Part shown: piece by piece, positions 9,963 through 21,403 of the stretch | Numbering within the stretch: the first letter of the stretch is position 1 | Layout: every line of letters begins with the position of its first letter | From: a virus | Length of the DNA stretch: 64,000 nt | Reading direction: 5' to 3' (one strand) | Virus record (IMG/VR): IMGVR_UViG_3300020469_000021 | Coordinates: 32,001-96,000 of that record | The notes under the pieces: model-generated | Databases searched by the model: none | Told to the model about the DNA's origin: nothing | Seen by the model: only the letters and a program-made list of their open reading frames with translations | Program-made: the position numbers and the translations under genes

Positions 9963-10754
9963 ATGAATCTACCAAGTTATTATCTATCTTTTGCTCAACA
10001 AATGGGTATAGATGTAGCAGATATTGTTAGGCTAGACAAATTTAAGTTCATTAATAAAGATTTTCCATTAGCTTCTATTTTAATATATGAATCACCTTTC
10101 AATAAAATTCGTGTTGGCAGAGATGGAGATGGAGGTTATGTAATTGCAGAGGGTTTGACTTACGATTGCTTAATTAGTGGAGGAGTCAATGACGATGACT
10201 CTTTTGAGCAAGATTTTCTATCTCTCAATGATGTTCCATCTTACGCTTTTGATGGCTCTATAGAGAAGATGCCTACAAAAGATAGAAGAATAAAATTCTA
10301 CAGCAAGAACATCTCAGATAAAAACTCTAAAAAAGAAGATAATTTATCTAACTTGTTGAAAGACTATGATGACATTTTTTTAAAGATTGACATAGAAGGA
10401 GACGAATATATTTGGCTAAATAGCCTTGATGATGACCAGCTATCTAAATTCAAGCAAATCGCCATTGAGTTTCATGAGCCATATGAGCGATACAAATGGA
10501 GGTGCTTAGAAAGATTATCTTCAAGCCATTGGGCAATTCATTTTAATCCCAATAATTGTGGTTCTGTTTGCTATCATGTTAATGATGAAGTTTCCACAAG
10601 AGTTGCCGAGTGTTTTGAAATGACATACATAAGGAAGGCAGACATAAAAGGCGAGCTGAATCTTAATAAATCAACATTTCCAACAAAATTAGATAAACCT
10701 AACGACCCAAATAGGAGAGTCATTAACTATCAGGGGTTTCCCTACTCAATATGA
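9963..10754 (+). CDS. FkbM-like SAM-dependent methyltransferase
   Basis: RVGRDGDGGYV, S.GV..DDSFE, FLKIDIEGDE, QIAIEFH. Confidence 0.8.
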   Translation: MNLPSYYLSFAQQMGIDVADIVRLDKFKFINKDFPLASILIYESPFNKIRVGRDGDGGYVIAEGLTYDCLISGGVNDDDSFEQDFLSLNDVPSYAFDGSIEKMPTKDRRIKFYSKNISDKNSKKEDNLSNLLKDYDDIFLKIDIEGDEYIWLNSLDDDQLSKFKQIAIEFHEPYERYKWRCLERLSSSHWAIHFNPNNCGSVCYHVNDEVSTRVAECFEMTYIRKADIKGELNLNKSTFPTKLDKPNDPNRRVINYQGFPYSI

Positions 10755-11422
10755 GCATGCAAAATATCTACATTTCTTTGGGTTATGGATGCCAAATAGC
10801 TGAAAAACTTCGAGATTTAAATTTAAGGAATTTTTCTTTGCCTTTCGACTGGGTAATACCCCACGGAGGAGTTTCAGATATAATTAAAAATAATTTTAAA
10901 AATTTTTTACCTCAAGATAAATTTATAAATTCTAGAGGAGATGAGCATCCAATGAATTTAAACTCTAAATTAATTTTCCCTCATAATGCATTTCCTAGGG
11001 ATGAACAAGCAATGAAAAGAAGAATTCTTCGTTTCATGGAATTGCTTAAACTAAAAGACGATCAATTAATTTTTCTTAAACGAGGTCATTTGGAATCTCA
11101 TCATAATGCAGAATATACGACAAAACATGGTTGGCCTATAAAAAATGATATATATGAATGTGAAGAGCTGAGCGCTTACTTGAAAGAAAAATACCCTAAA
11201 TTACAATTTAAAATTGTACTAATCTTACTATGCTCACTTTGCTTTCAGCATACCGAAACTTCCAATTCAAAAAATATTTTAATATATAATTGCGCTTTCC
11301 CAAATTGCAATCGCCAACAAAAAGACGAAATTGCAGACAAAGCTTTAGTAAATATAATTAAATCATTAAACAAACATGAAAACTATAACAAACAAGATAT
11401 TCAGAAATTGGTTTATTCATAA
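10751..11422 (+). CDS. DUF1796-like putative papain-like peptidase
   Basis: YISLGYGCQIA..L..L.LR..SLPFDW, FPH, RRI.RF. Confidence 0.65.
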   Translation: MSMQNIYISLGYGCQIAEKLRDLNLRNFSLPFDWVIPHGGVSDIIKNNFKNFLPQDKFINSRGDEHPMNLNSKLIFPHNAFPRDEQAMKRRILRFMELLKLKDDQLIFLKRGHLESHHNAEYTTKHGWPIKNDIYECEELSAYLKEKYPKLQFKIVLILLCSLCFQHTETSNSKNILIYNCAFPNCNRQQKDEIADKALVNIIKSLNKHENYNKQDIQKLVYS

Positions 11423-11570
11423 TGTTATCGGGCATCCAATCATACAGATGATGGGAATGCTATTTTGTGGTCATGATTACACTCAGGTTGCTAGCTACGG
11501 CATTGGAGGCATGTGGGAATGTAAAAAGTGCGGCAAAAAAGAGGTTAGAGAACTTGCAGATTTTTATTAA
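11376..11570 (+). CDS. Small protein with C-terminal Zn-ribbon (possibly chimeric)
   Basis: LFCGHDY...CKKCGK motif; see finding on the apparent insertion. Confidence 0.45.
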   Translation: MKTITNKIFRNWFIHNVIGHPIIQMMGMLFCGHDYTQVASYGIGGMWECKKCGKKEVRELADFY

Positions 11571-11736
11571 CAGACAGCTAAATGTCTCAGAGATGCTTTA
11601 TTGGGTGATTCTTCCATTTGACGCGACAAAAGCTAGTGTAGTCTCAGTTTGGTTTCATGATTCTACTTGCCCAAATAAAAGCCATAAAGACGAGTCGTTT
11701 ACCTAGAATTTATTTGCCTTAAATATATAATATATT

Positions 11737-12015
11737 GTGAAAAAAGAGAAGCATGAACAACCAAGGCTCTACACCTTCAGGGTTAAATATAACGCGGGTG
11801 CAGGGCATGAAGCGAATGATTCGTTTCATTATTTTAAAGCAATAAGCGCCGATCAAGCTTTAGACTTTCATTTTGCAATGATGGAAAGAAATAATTTCAT
11901 TAGCCAAACTATTAGCGTGGAAAGAAAAGATCCCTATGCGGATAAATGGGTTTTAGAAGAAAGCAAAAAAAATAATAAATGGACAAATATAACGGAAAAT
12001 TGTTTCAAACAATAA
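11737..12015 (+). CDS. Hypothetical protein
   Basis: ORF in + strand gene run. Confidence 0.5.
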   Translation: MKKEKHEQPRLYTFRVKYNAGAGHEANDSFHYFKAISADQALDFHFAMMERNNFISQTISVERKDPYADKWVLEESKKNNKWTNITENCFKQ

Positions 12016-12557
12016 ATGGTGGAGATAAAAAATACTCAAAAGTCCACAGGAGATGTCTCGAACATGATGGGTGTATCGTAGACCTAGGTTGTTTAATGTG
12101 GAATTGGAGCAAATTTTTTATAGGTAAAAAAACCGTAATCGGCGCAGATCCATTTGAAAAACAAATCGAAAAAACTTTATTCTTCGAAGGGCTTGTGTCG
12201 AATTTCGATGGACATATAAACATGAAGAAAAAAGACTTTCTTGCTTCAAGTGATATGTTTGAAGAAGGGGAACACAAAAAAGAAGTTTTATCATGGAAGT
12301 CTTTTTTGAATAAATTTAGTATTAAAGAAATATCTGTATTAAAAATGAATATTGAAGGAGCAGAATACGACCTATTAAGAAGTTTAACTAAAGAGGATTT
12401 TAGCAAAATAGACCAAATAGCAGTAAGCTTTCACGAATGGCTAAACCCGCAATGGACAAAAGATACAGAAGAATGCATATCTATATTAAAAGAAAACAAT
12501 TTTGATATTCTCAACTTAGGTCAGTTTGGGTGGAGATTATGCATAAAAAATGATTAA
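11979..12557 (+). CDS. FkbM-family methyltransferase
   Basis: IVDLG, GADP, VLKMNIEGAEY, IDQIAVSFH. Confidence 0.75.
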   Translation: MDKYNGKLFQTINGGDKKYSKVHRRCLEHDGCIVDLGCLMWNWSKFFIGKKTVIGADPFEKQIEKTLFFEGLVSNFDGHINMKKKDFLASSDMFEEGEHKKEVLSWKSFLNKFSIKEISVLKMNIEGAEYDLLRSLTKEDFSKIDQIAVSFHEWLNPQWTKDTEECISILKENNFDILNLGQFGWRLCIKND

Positions 12558-12589
12558 ATTAATTATATTTGGCTTTAGATTAATATTTT

Positions 12590-12665
12590 GCCACTTTAGC
12601 TCAGATGGTAGAGCACCTCACTTGTAATGAGGATGTCGTCAGTTCGATCCTGACAAGTGGCTCCA
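12590..12665 (+). tRNA. tRNA-Thr(TGT)
   Basis: Cloverleaf: acceptor GCCACTT/AAGTGGC, anticodon arm CCTCA-CTTGTAA-TGAGG, T loop TTCGATC, encoded CCA. Confidence 0.95.
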
Positions 12666-12666
12666 T

Positions 12667-12843
12667 TTAACCGCCATGTTCATTTATTTTTTTTACAATT
12701 TCTTTTTTTTCTTCTTCGGTCAGCTTCTCATATTTTTCTTCAGCAAGCGCCCAAGCAGCTCTAACTCTCACCGCGTAATGGACTTTAAAGCTCTTGTCTG
12801 CCATAATTTCCACAGTCAAATAATCAACTATTCTGTTCCTCAT
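12667..12843 (-). CDS. Small hypothetical protein (58 aa, not in ORF track)
   Basis: MRNRIVDYL...NEHGG*; GTGTA motif just upstream on - strand; converges on the tRNA. Confidence 0.5.
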   Translation of the reverse strand: MRNRIVDYLTVEIMADKSFKVHYAVRVRAAWALAEEKYEKLTEEEKKEIVKKINEHGG

Positions 12844-13757
12844 ATAAAAAAATACACAAAAAGCTTGACTTTGCCTGCCAAATATGCATTATTGTTCTTA
12901 GTTAACGAGATAAAAATCTCAAAACAAAAACAATAAAAATTCAAATATATAAAAATGGATAATACATCGTTTATACAACTCACAGAACTATGGCAAGACG
13001 GCGGCTTTTCTGAAGTCGGAAATATTATTAACGAAGAAAAGTGGAGCGCTTCTAAGGTCGCAGAATTTTGCGCTTATGTTACAAGGTATCTTGGTACTTC
13101 TCAGCTAAATATACTATATAAATTTTTGTAATGGAAACCGAAACCGAAGTGCTTTATTTAAATTCCGCTCATGAAATTATGGAGGCTAGTTTTGTATCTA
13201 GTCCATTTGAAATGAAGTTGGTTGCGGAAGCAATTTCTGAATTTACAAAGAAGCATTATATAAATAATGAATCATTAGATGATTTTCGCTTAAAGCTTCA
13301 ACAGGCATATCAATCCCACCATAATTTACATGAAAATGATTTCGGCTTCATAGAAGAAGATCGACAAGAGGTGTACGGAGCTTTTTAATCGTGAAAAGAA
13401 AGGAGCAAATAGAATTACTATGGATGACCCATGATTTTTTACTAGAAAAAATATATCCTCTTGAAGAAGAAAACGAAATACTTTATGCAAATATAAAAGA
13501 ATTCCAAAAAGAAGTAAACAATCCCCACAAATTACTAACGGCATTTCTGCAAATAAACAAAGATTTAGATTTGTTTTATGGCAAACAATTAATTTGCTTG
13601 GACGATATAATTCCTTTGCATGAAGAGAATATAGACATTCCGCCAGAAAGAGAAATTGACATCGAGACGCTTTATGCTTTGAGATGTGCTACCATTAATT
13701 TATTAGAAAACCACAGGGTCACAGGCGAAGAAATTAAACAATTAATTGACGATTTAA

Positions 13758-13946
13758 ATGAAAGAAATTGAAAACAGGCGCAAAGAAAGGCATATCCTGC
13801 TTAAACTCGCGGAAGAATTGAGTGAGCTATCGGTAGAAGTTTTGCATTGCGTAAATAAACCAAAGAAAGAAAATTTAAATGAAATCTTTTCAGAAATTAA
13901 AGATGTTGAAAAATGGATTTTAAAATTTAAAGAACTTAAAAATTAA
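13758..13946 (+). CDS. MazG-like NTP pyrophosphohydrolase fold protein
   Basis: KLAEELSEL...EIKDV. Confidence 0.5.
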   Translation: MKEIENRRKERHILLKLAEELSELSVEVLHCVNKPKKENLNEIFSEIKDVEKWILKFKELKN

Positions 13947-14538
13947 TTTAAATAAAAATATTATGATGAATGTTATACAAGTAGAAGATGCAAATAATGA
14001 AAAGTATCATATAAACCCGAAGCAGGTTATGTATGTAAAAGAAAAGGTGAGTGGTAGCTCAATTCTTTATAGAATAGCTCTAGCAAATGGAGAGTCTATT
14101 GTTACAAAAAATTCACATGGAATAGAGCAAATTATACGCTCTATGAAAAAATAATTTCAAAAAATGATTGAGCAAATAAGTGAAGAAATAAACTATCAAA
14201 AAGGCTACGACAAAGGTTGGACAGATGCCCAAGAATATCTTGCTAAAAAATTTGAAAAAAGTATGCTAAAAAATAAAACGGAGTCATACGATAAAGGCTA
14301 TCAAGAAGGTGCGAATCAGAAAGATAACCAACCTTGTCTTTGCGGATTTTGGGGTAATAAAAAATGAAAATATCAATTACTAATTACAATAAAACTTATA
14401 GCGTTGAATCTGATGAAGATGTAGATGCAGAAGGCTTGGCAGATATGTTAAAGGGCTTAATGGTAAGCATGGGCTTTCATCCTAAAAATGTAGACGAATT
14501 ATTTAACACAGAATACGAATGGTTCTCCGAAGAAGAAA

Positions 14539-14856
14539 ATGATTAATTGGATTAAAATTGAAGACGAAATACCCGAAGAGGGGAAGAGACTGCTTTACTT
14601 TTTTGAAGGTACAGGTGTTTGGGTAGGTTTTTATTATGGAAGAGATGAAACTTACCCCGACTCAAATAACCATGTGTTCGGTTGCGAGGCAGGATTCTTA
14701 ACAGGAGATGTCACTCATTACTGCTACATTGATTACCCCGAAGGTGGGGAATGGAGAGTCGAAGCAGATAAAGAATTTTCTAAAGAAGCAAAAAAAGAAA
14801 TGCTAGAAATACAAAAAGAGCAGAATGAAATATTCAATAATTTACTTGGTGATTAA
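14539..14856 (+). CDS. DUF551-like phage protein
   Basis: WIKIEDEIPE..G..L...VTHY..I..P. Confidence 0.5.
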   Translation: MINWIKIEDEIPEEGKRLLYFFEGTGVWVGFYYGRDETYPDSNNHVFGCEAGFLTGDVTHYCYIDYPEGGEWRVEADKEFSKEAKKEMLEIQKEQNEIFNNLLGD

Positions 14857-15152
14857 AATATGAAAACATTACATAATACTAAAAATTGCAAATACAGAAA
14901 ATACTTGCATAAAAAATTAAAGCACGGCAAAATAAGTGGTAAGTTTTATAAGTTTCTTTGCAGAAGCTTTCCTTATCGACTTACTGCAAGAGAAGTTGAA
15001 ATTTGTGTCACAATGGTTCTTGATGGCAGAATGAGTGAGAACAAAGCTATCACCACTTTGCAAGGAGCAGAAACTGAACTTAAGAGACAAAGAGAGTTGT
15101 ACAAGTCAAATGTAGAGTGCAGAAAAAAAATAGGGTGGAAACAAATAAATAA

Positions 15153-15578
15153 ATGAAAACAGGAATTACATTTTCAACTTTTGACCTTCTCCATGCGGGT
15201 CATATCTTAATGCTAAAAGAAGCAAAATCTGTCTGCGATTATCTTATTTGTGGTCTTCACATTGACCCGCAGATTGAGCGCCCTCAAAAAAATAAACCTA
15301 TTCAAAGTGTGGTCGAGCGCTATATTCAATTATCTTCAGTAGAATATGTTGATGAAATAATTCCTTATAATTTAGAGATGGATTTAGGCGACATTCTTCT
15401 AGGGTATAATATTGATGTTAGAATTATTGGTGCTGACTACAAGGGCGAAAACTTTTCGGGACTAGGCATTTGTCAAACCAAAGGTATTGAAATTTATTAC
15501 AACGAAAGATCACATAGTTTTTCAAGCTCAGAATTAAGGAGAAGAATCGCCAATGCAGAACAAGAGAGGTTGCAATGA
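15153..15578 (+). CDS. Glycerol-3-phosphate cytidylyltransferase-like nucleotidyltransferase
   Basis: TFDLLHAGH (HIGH motif), YLICGL, VDEIIPY, RSHSFSSSELR. Confidence 0.88.
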   Translation: MKTGITFSTFDLLHAGHILMLKEAKSVCDYLICGLHIDPQIERPQKNKPIQSVVERYIQLSSVEYVDEIIPYNLEMDLGDILLGYNIDVRIIGADYKGENFSGLGICQTKGIEIYYNERSHSFSSSELRRRIANAEQERLQ

Positions 15579-16189
15579 AATTTTTAGAATGGGCATGGGA
15601 TACTATTTGCGTAATTTGCATACTTTGTTATTGCATTTTTGCTAGTTTTAAATTATTATTTACAAATGATGAATAAATTATTATACAATATGTTAAAAAA
15701 CTCCGCACAAGCGGATATAGATAAAGCGAAATTAAGTCTCCATTTACTTGGAGAAAAAGCAGTTGGCATAGGAGATCATTCGACAGAAGATTTCTACAAC
15801 AATGCCAAGGAAGCTCTATGCTTACTCGATGACGCGCAAGGTAGGCTAGAAGTTTTAAAACAATTTGAAAAACATTAATATGTAGAAAAATTAATTTAAA
15901 TAAATTTATTATGTTTGATAGCGGTGTAGATAATCAGTTTGAAGAAGCTCATCAAAAAGGCTTGCACAGAGGCTTTGATCTAGGTTGGTCTTATAAAGGT
16001 AGATACTACCGACAAATAGTTAGAGATATGCTTAATGACAAAGACTATTTAATAAAGTCGGGAGAAGGAACTCTCAAAAGGCTCTTGAAGAAAATGGAAA
16101 GAGATAAAGACAACAGAGAGAACATTACAATAAATAGTTGGTAAATAGTTCTTGACACCTTCGGCTTCTTGTTATATAGTTGAGAAATT

Positions 16190-16708
16190 ATGGCAGAAGT
16201 AACACAAATAGAAGGAAATCTTTTGGACTTCCCAAATGATATTAATAGCATTGCTCATTCCTGCAATACTAGACATATCATGGGTGCAGGTATAGCGAAA
16301 CAAATTAAAGATCGCTACCCCGAAGCGCACGAAGCAGATTGGAAAGCGTTCAATCAAGAGTACGACCACAATGGACAATTTGTTCATTGGCTCGGTAAAT
16401 TCTCAAAAGCCAAAATAAATGGCGACAAATATATATACAATATGTACACTCAAGCGAGCATCGGGACAGGTAGAGAAGTTCATTATGAAAAATTTTGGCA
16501 AGCATTAAAGAGGGTAGAACAAGACCTTTTTGAGATGAATGTAAATAAACATGAATACGATCCAACTCCACCTCCTGTCCTTGGATTGCCTTATGGCATC
16601 TCATGTGGGCTTGCAGGGGGAAATTGGGGAATAATAAAAGCAATGATCGAAGATATTTTTCTTGACTCTCCTATAAAATGCTATATTGTTAAGTTTGATT
16701 TAGCATAA
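16190..16708 (+). CDS. Macro domain protein
   Basis: IEGNLL, IAHSCN...MGAGIAKQIK..YP, NMYTQ, PYGISCGLAGGNW. Confidence 0.88.
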   Translation: MAEVTQIEGNLLDFPNDINSIAHSCNTRHIMGAGIAKQIKDRYPEAHEADWKAFNQEYDHNGQFVHWLGKFSKAKINGDKYIYNMYTQASIGTGREVHYEKFWQALKRVEQDLFEMNVNKHEYDPTPPPVLGLPYGISCGLAGGNWGIIKAMIEDIFLDSPIKCYIVKFDLA

Positions 16709-17091
16709 TGAACATTTTATACATAGTCAGAGGTCTTTCGGGGAGTGGCAAAACCACTCTTGCCCATAATTTATCTCCTGTTGTTTATTCTGCTGATGAT
16801 TGGTTTACAGATCAAGTAGGTAACTACGCTTTTAATCCAAATGAATTAAAAGTAGCGCATGAAAATTGTCAAAGAAATGTCAAATATGCTATGACGCAGA
16901 AAGCCAATGTTATAGCAGTAGCAAACACTTTCTCTCAAGCATGGGAAGCAGAACCTTACTTTGCTTTAGCCAAAGAATTTAATTACTCCCCTTTTGTTAT
17001 TGAGTGTCAAAACTCTTTTCGAAATACACATGGAGTATCACAAGAAACAATTAACTCAATGAAAGATAGATGGGAGTCTAATTTAATATGA
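16708..17091 (+). CDS. P-loop kinase (polynucleotide-kinase-like)
   Basis: RGLSGSGKTT, SADDWF, AH..CQ, VANTF, HGV...I..M..RW. Confidence 0.82.
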   Translation: MNILYIVRGLSGSGKTTLAHNLSPVVYSADDWFTDQVGNYAFNPNELKVAHENCQRNVKYAMTQKANVIAVANTFSQAWEAEPYFALAKEFNYSPFVIECQNSFRNTHGVSQETINSMKDRWESNLI

Positions 17092-17634
17092 AAGAAAAAG
17101 GATTATATGATAGATTTGATTTAGAAGAAGCAATTCAAAAAATGGGCATGGTAGAAGAGGATATAGAATCAATAATGTATGCTTTTTCTGACGCTCCAAC
17201 GGCTTTTGTTGGGCATCCCTCTGAAGACCAAATATTAAATATGTTGATTGGGGCAAAAGAGTTGCATAAAGTTAGACAAGAAAAACTTTTTCATATTTTT
17301 GAAGATTTAGTTAAAAATAAAATTATAAAATGAATAAAAAAAATGATCCATTCTACGATGAAGATTTTAATATCACTTGCCCCATCACAAATAAAGATGT
17401 TCTTGATGATTGCCATATCGTAATAGAGTTTGGTTATGGTAGTGACAAAGATATGACTACTTATACTTTTTCCGCTGTACATGATGAAGTGGGCAAGAAA
17501 GTTGTAGCTTACATACAATCGCTCATGCCCAAAGGTAACTCCGTAGAAGATTTTAGTACAAATGTCATGGACGAATTGTTTGGGAGCGAAAGTTCTTGAC
17601 AATTATTTTTTTTCCCTCAATATAGGAAGGTATT

Positions 17635-18588
17635 ATGGAATCAGATACAATGTTTAGTGGCTTGGTAGGACAATCAAGCGTCAAAAGAAAGTTAGCTTTT
17701 TATAAATCCGCTTTCAATCAAACTAGCCTATGCCCATTTTTGTTATTCGCAGGTGCTAAAGGCTTGGGCAAGACAGAGTTTGCCAAAGCTTTTGCTAATG
17801 AACTTAACAATCGAAGTGGTAGTAAAAGACCATTGCTAGAATTAAACTGCTCTACATTATCTAATGTTGACACATTTTTTGAACAAGTCTTTCTGCCAAT
17901 TATTAATAATAATGAAGTTTCAATTTTATTTGATGAAGCGCATGAATTACCCAAAGACCTAACCAATGCTTTTTTGACTATTTTTAATACTGAAAGTAGC
18001 CCTAATAAGGAATTCATTTGGCAAGAGTCTGTCTGTCATTTTGATTTTACAAGACAAACCTATATGTTTGCAACGACTGAAACAGATAAGTTGTTTCCAC
18101 CCTTGAAAGACAGGTTGACCCCAATAGACTTTGAGCCGTATTCTTATGACGAGCTTTCAAACATTATGGCTCTAAATATTAGTGATGACATTCATATTGA
18201 TGACGATGCCTTAGAAAGACTTAGTAAGACAACTAGAGGTAACGCGAGAAATGCAGTCAAAAGAGCTAAGGAAGTCCATCTCTATTGCGAGGCTAAAAGA
18301 AAAGATAAGTTTTGCCTTGACGATTTGAGAGATTTAAAAGATACTTTAGATATTCTTCCGTTTGGAATATCAAGAACAGAAAAGGAAATCTTAGAAATAT
18401 TACATAAAGATGGGTGTTGCACATTAACATCTCTATCAGCAAAAACAGGTTTAAGCAAGACTGCGCTAATGCAAGATCATGAAATGTACTTATTGAGAAA
18501 GTCTTTTATTGAGATTGATGGCAAAAGAAAGCTAACTCCAAATGGCAGAAAATTAATAGCAAGAATATTAGAAGGAGAAACAAAATGA
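17635..18588 (+). CDS. ruvB: Holliday junction branch-migration ATPase RuvB-like
   Basis: LVGQ, GAKGLGKT, LFDEAH, FATTE..L..PL.DRL, RGNAR, C-terminal winged helix E.YLLR..FI....R.LT..G. Confidence 0.8.
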   Translation: MESDTMFSGLVGQSSVKRKLAFYKSAFNQTSLCPFLLFAGAKGLGKTEFAKAFANELNNRSGSKRPLLELNCSTLSNVDTFFEQVFLPIINNNEVSILFDEAHELPKDLTNAFLTIFNTESSPNKEFIWQESVCHFDFTRQTYMFATTETDKLFPPLKDRLTPIDFEPYSYDELSNIMALNISDDIHIDDDALERLSKTTRGNARNAVKRAKEVHLYCEAKRKDKFCLDDLRDLKDTLDILPFGISRTEKEILEILHKDGCCTLTSLSAKTGLSKTALMQDHEMYLLRKSFIEIDGKRKLTPNGRKLIARILEGETK

Positions 18589-20209
18589 TTGATATAATAA
18601 AAACTTGGCAAGCGCCCGATAAAATTGCTTTAGAAATAATTGACTTAGCTTTAACTCACATTAAAAAAGTTGAGCTTAACCCCGAAGTCGAAACCGAAGG
18701 AGATAACTTTGACTATTGGAATAGTTATGATTTGGGAGATGGTAATTATATAGATTATAATATTCATTGTGGAGACGAGTGGTGCGAACTTAAACAAGAT
18801 AGCTCGGGAGAGTATGAATATACTGATCCTAGCACATGGTCTTGGGATGTTGCTTGTTATGCAGTTAATCCACCAACTGAAGATAACCCCTATCATCAAA
18901 TAGATACAGATAGAGAGCAATACTTATTTAGTTATAATAAAAAAGGAAATAGAGAGGTGGAGTTTGAAAATGAGTAATGGCAATTATTACGATAGAATTG
19001 ATTTAGCTAAAAAGAATACTTATGTATTCAGCGTCCCCGCAACTTACTTTTATGAAGTAGATGCAGATTCCGAAGACGAGGCTAGAAAACTATTAGAAGA
19101 AGAAGGGGGCATGGACATCATGGGTACTCTTGGAGAAATCACCCACAAGGATTATATGAATGCTACTCTTGAAGAGACTTGGTCAAGTGAATAAATATAA
19201 TAATATGAAATTTTTTTTTGAGTTACTTATTATTGCAACTATTACCATTCTTTTGTGGTGTTTAGTATTTTGATGAACGAATTTCACGACCCAAAAGATA
19301 ACTCTTGGAGTAAAAAAGATATTTTTTTGTTGACATACGCTATCGTTATTAATATACTCACCCTTAGTTTTATATTATACATTATACTTTAAATTATGAG
19401 TGGAGAAGGTTTATCAGTTAGTTTTAGAAGAACGAAAGCGACTACCAAGTCTAATCAAGAACTCCTTAGAGAGTTTCAAAAGATTATCTATGCTAGTCGA
19501 GTGACTACCCACATGAAATGGTATGGTGAAGCTCATAGTGTTGACATACTAGAGCATGGTGACGACAATCGACCAAAGTTTCAACAAGAATATGTTGCGA
19601 TTAAAGATACTTTTCAATTTGAGATTAGCGTTTATGATTCTTGGTATCAAGATGCAGACCTATATGAATCCCATGAGAGAGAAGATAGCTTTGTTTCTTT
19701 TGCTAGAAAATTTGCCGAAGATAATAATTTAATGTATTTCCCCGATGGTTTTCCTGCTGAATGGATTGAGCAAGAAATAATTGATGGAAAGAAAAATTGG
19801 AATCATTATAATGTAAAACCCGATGACAAAAACATTGACAAGATATGTGAAGTGTGGTATAAATATGGTATGAAAAAATTACAAAACGATTCTGATTCCC
19901 TTTGGTATAATACTAGAGATGAAATAAAAGAATTAATGGAGAAAAAAGAACATGAATATAGTAGCTGATGTAAAACATGACTCAGTAGGGAATGACGATG
20001 GTTCTTTTGGTGGAGAAGATTTTGTTTTAACAGGTGGAAACGCTTGGCTTAGAATAGATGGATATTCTTTAATGATTAGCAACCATGAAGACAGAATTTC
20101 AATTGCGCTCTTCCATCTTGGGAAAGAAGCTGACGATGAGCTTGAGAGTTTTGATTATTTTAAATAATATCTTGACATCACCTTAAATGTATGTCAACAT
20201 TATTGAGTA

Positions 20210-21403
20210 ATGAAAAAACTAGACACACTATATAAAGTAGATACCAAAGGTAAATTGCGTGAATGGACTATGCACATTGATGGCAATTCATTCTATGCAG
20301 TCAAGGGTCTTGTCGAAGGCAAAAAGACCCAAGACAAAGCTACGACTACAATCGCTAAAAATGTTGGCAGATCAAACGAAACAACTCCCGAAGAACAAGC
20401 GGAGCTTGAAGCGCAAGCAAAGTTTCAAAAGAAATTAGATTCGGGCTATGCGCTTAATGAAATAGACGCGCAAGACAAAAAGTTCTACGAACCAATGCTT
20501 GCACATAATTATAAAGATCGCAAGAGTGAAATTGAGTACCCGATCTACTCCCAACCAAAGCTCGATGGCATTCGTTGTATCGTTCGCATGGAAGGTGATA
20601 TGCTCGTAGGACGCACTCGTAATGGCAAGGAGATAGAGTGTATCCCTCATATTCTCAAAAGCCTCAATAGCTTCTTCCTTGACTACCCAAATGCCATTCT
20701 TGATGGAGAGTTGTATAATCACGACTTGAGGGACAATTTCAATAAGATTACTTCACTTGTTCGCAAACAAAAACCAATTAAATCAGACAAGATGAGCGAT
20801 AATGCTTTCGCAAAGAAGGTTGCTGATTACGAAGACAGGCTTGCAGAAGCAGAAGAGACGATTGAATACCATGTGTATGATGTACCTTATCTTAATCATT
20901 ATTGCACAGAGAATACTACATTCGATATGCGCTTTAATCAACTTGAAAACGCTTTCAACAAAAGTGCAAACATTATTCAACATAATGTGTTGCTTGTAGA
21001 AACATCTAAAGTCGAGAATGAACATGAGCTTGACAATTTGTATGGTCAATATATCGACTTAGGCTACGAAGGTCAAATGGTTCGCAAGGACGAATGCTAC
21101 GAGAACAAGCGCAGTAAAACTCTTCTTAAACGCAAAGAATTTATTGATGCAGAATATCGAGTTATCGACATTGATGTGGGCAATGGTAATCGTAGTGGGA
21201 CTGCAAAGCACCTAGTATGCTTTTGCGAAAATACTCAAAAAACTTTCAATTCAAATATTAAAGGTTCATTTGATTACCTTAAAGAAATTTATGATAATCG
21301 CAAGAATTATATTGGTCAGTTAGCGACCATCAAATTTTTTCAGCTTACACCCGATGGAATACCTAGATTTCCATATGCAATCGGATTTAGAAATTATGAA
21401 TAA
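20210..21403 (+). CDS. ATP-dependent DNA ligase
   Basis: PMLA, QPKLDGIRC (KxDG), LDGELY, YHVYD, YEGQMVR, LLKRK, IPRFP. Confidence 0.93.
   Translation: MKKLDTLYKVDTKGKLREWTMHIDGNSFYAVKGLVEGKKTQDKATTTIAKNVGRSNETTPEEQAELEAQAKFQKKLDSGYALNEIDAQDKKFYEPMLAHNYKDRKSEIEYPIYSQPKLDGIRCIVRMEGDMLVGRTRNGKEIECIPHILKSLNSFFLDYPNAILDGELYNHDLRDNFNKITSLVRKQKPIKSDKMSDNAFAKKVADYEDRLAEAEETIEYHVYDVPYLNHYCTENTTFDMRFNQLENAFNKSANIIQHNVLLVETSKVENEHELDNLYGQYIDLGYEGQMVRKDECYENKRSKTLLKRKEFIDAEYRVIDIDVGNGNRSGTAKHLVCFCENTQKTFNSNIKGSFDYLKEIYDNRKNYIGQLATIKFFQLTPDGIPRFPYAIGFRNYE

Larger units (their letters stand above)
12955..15156 (+). other. Run of small hypothetical genes
   Basis: Abutting or overlapping + strand ORFs of 60-126 aa. 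Confidence 0.6.
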
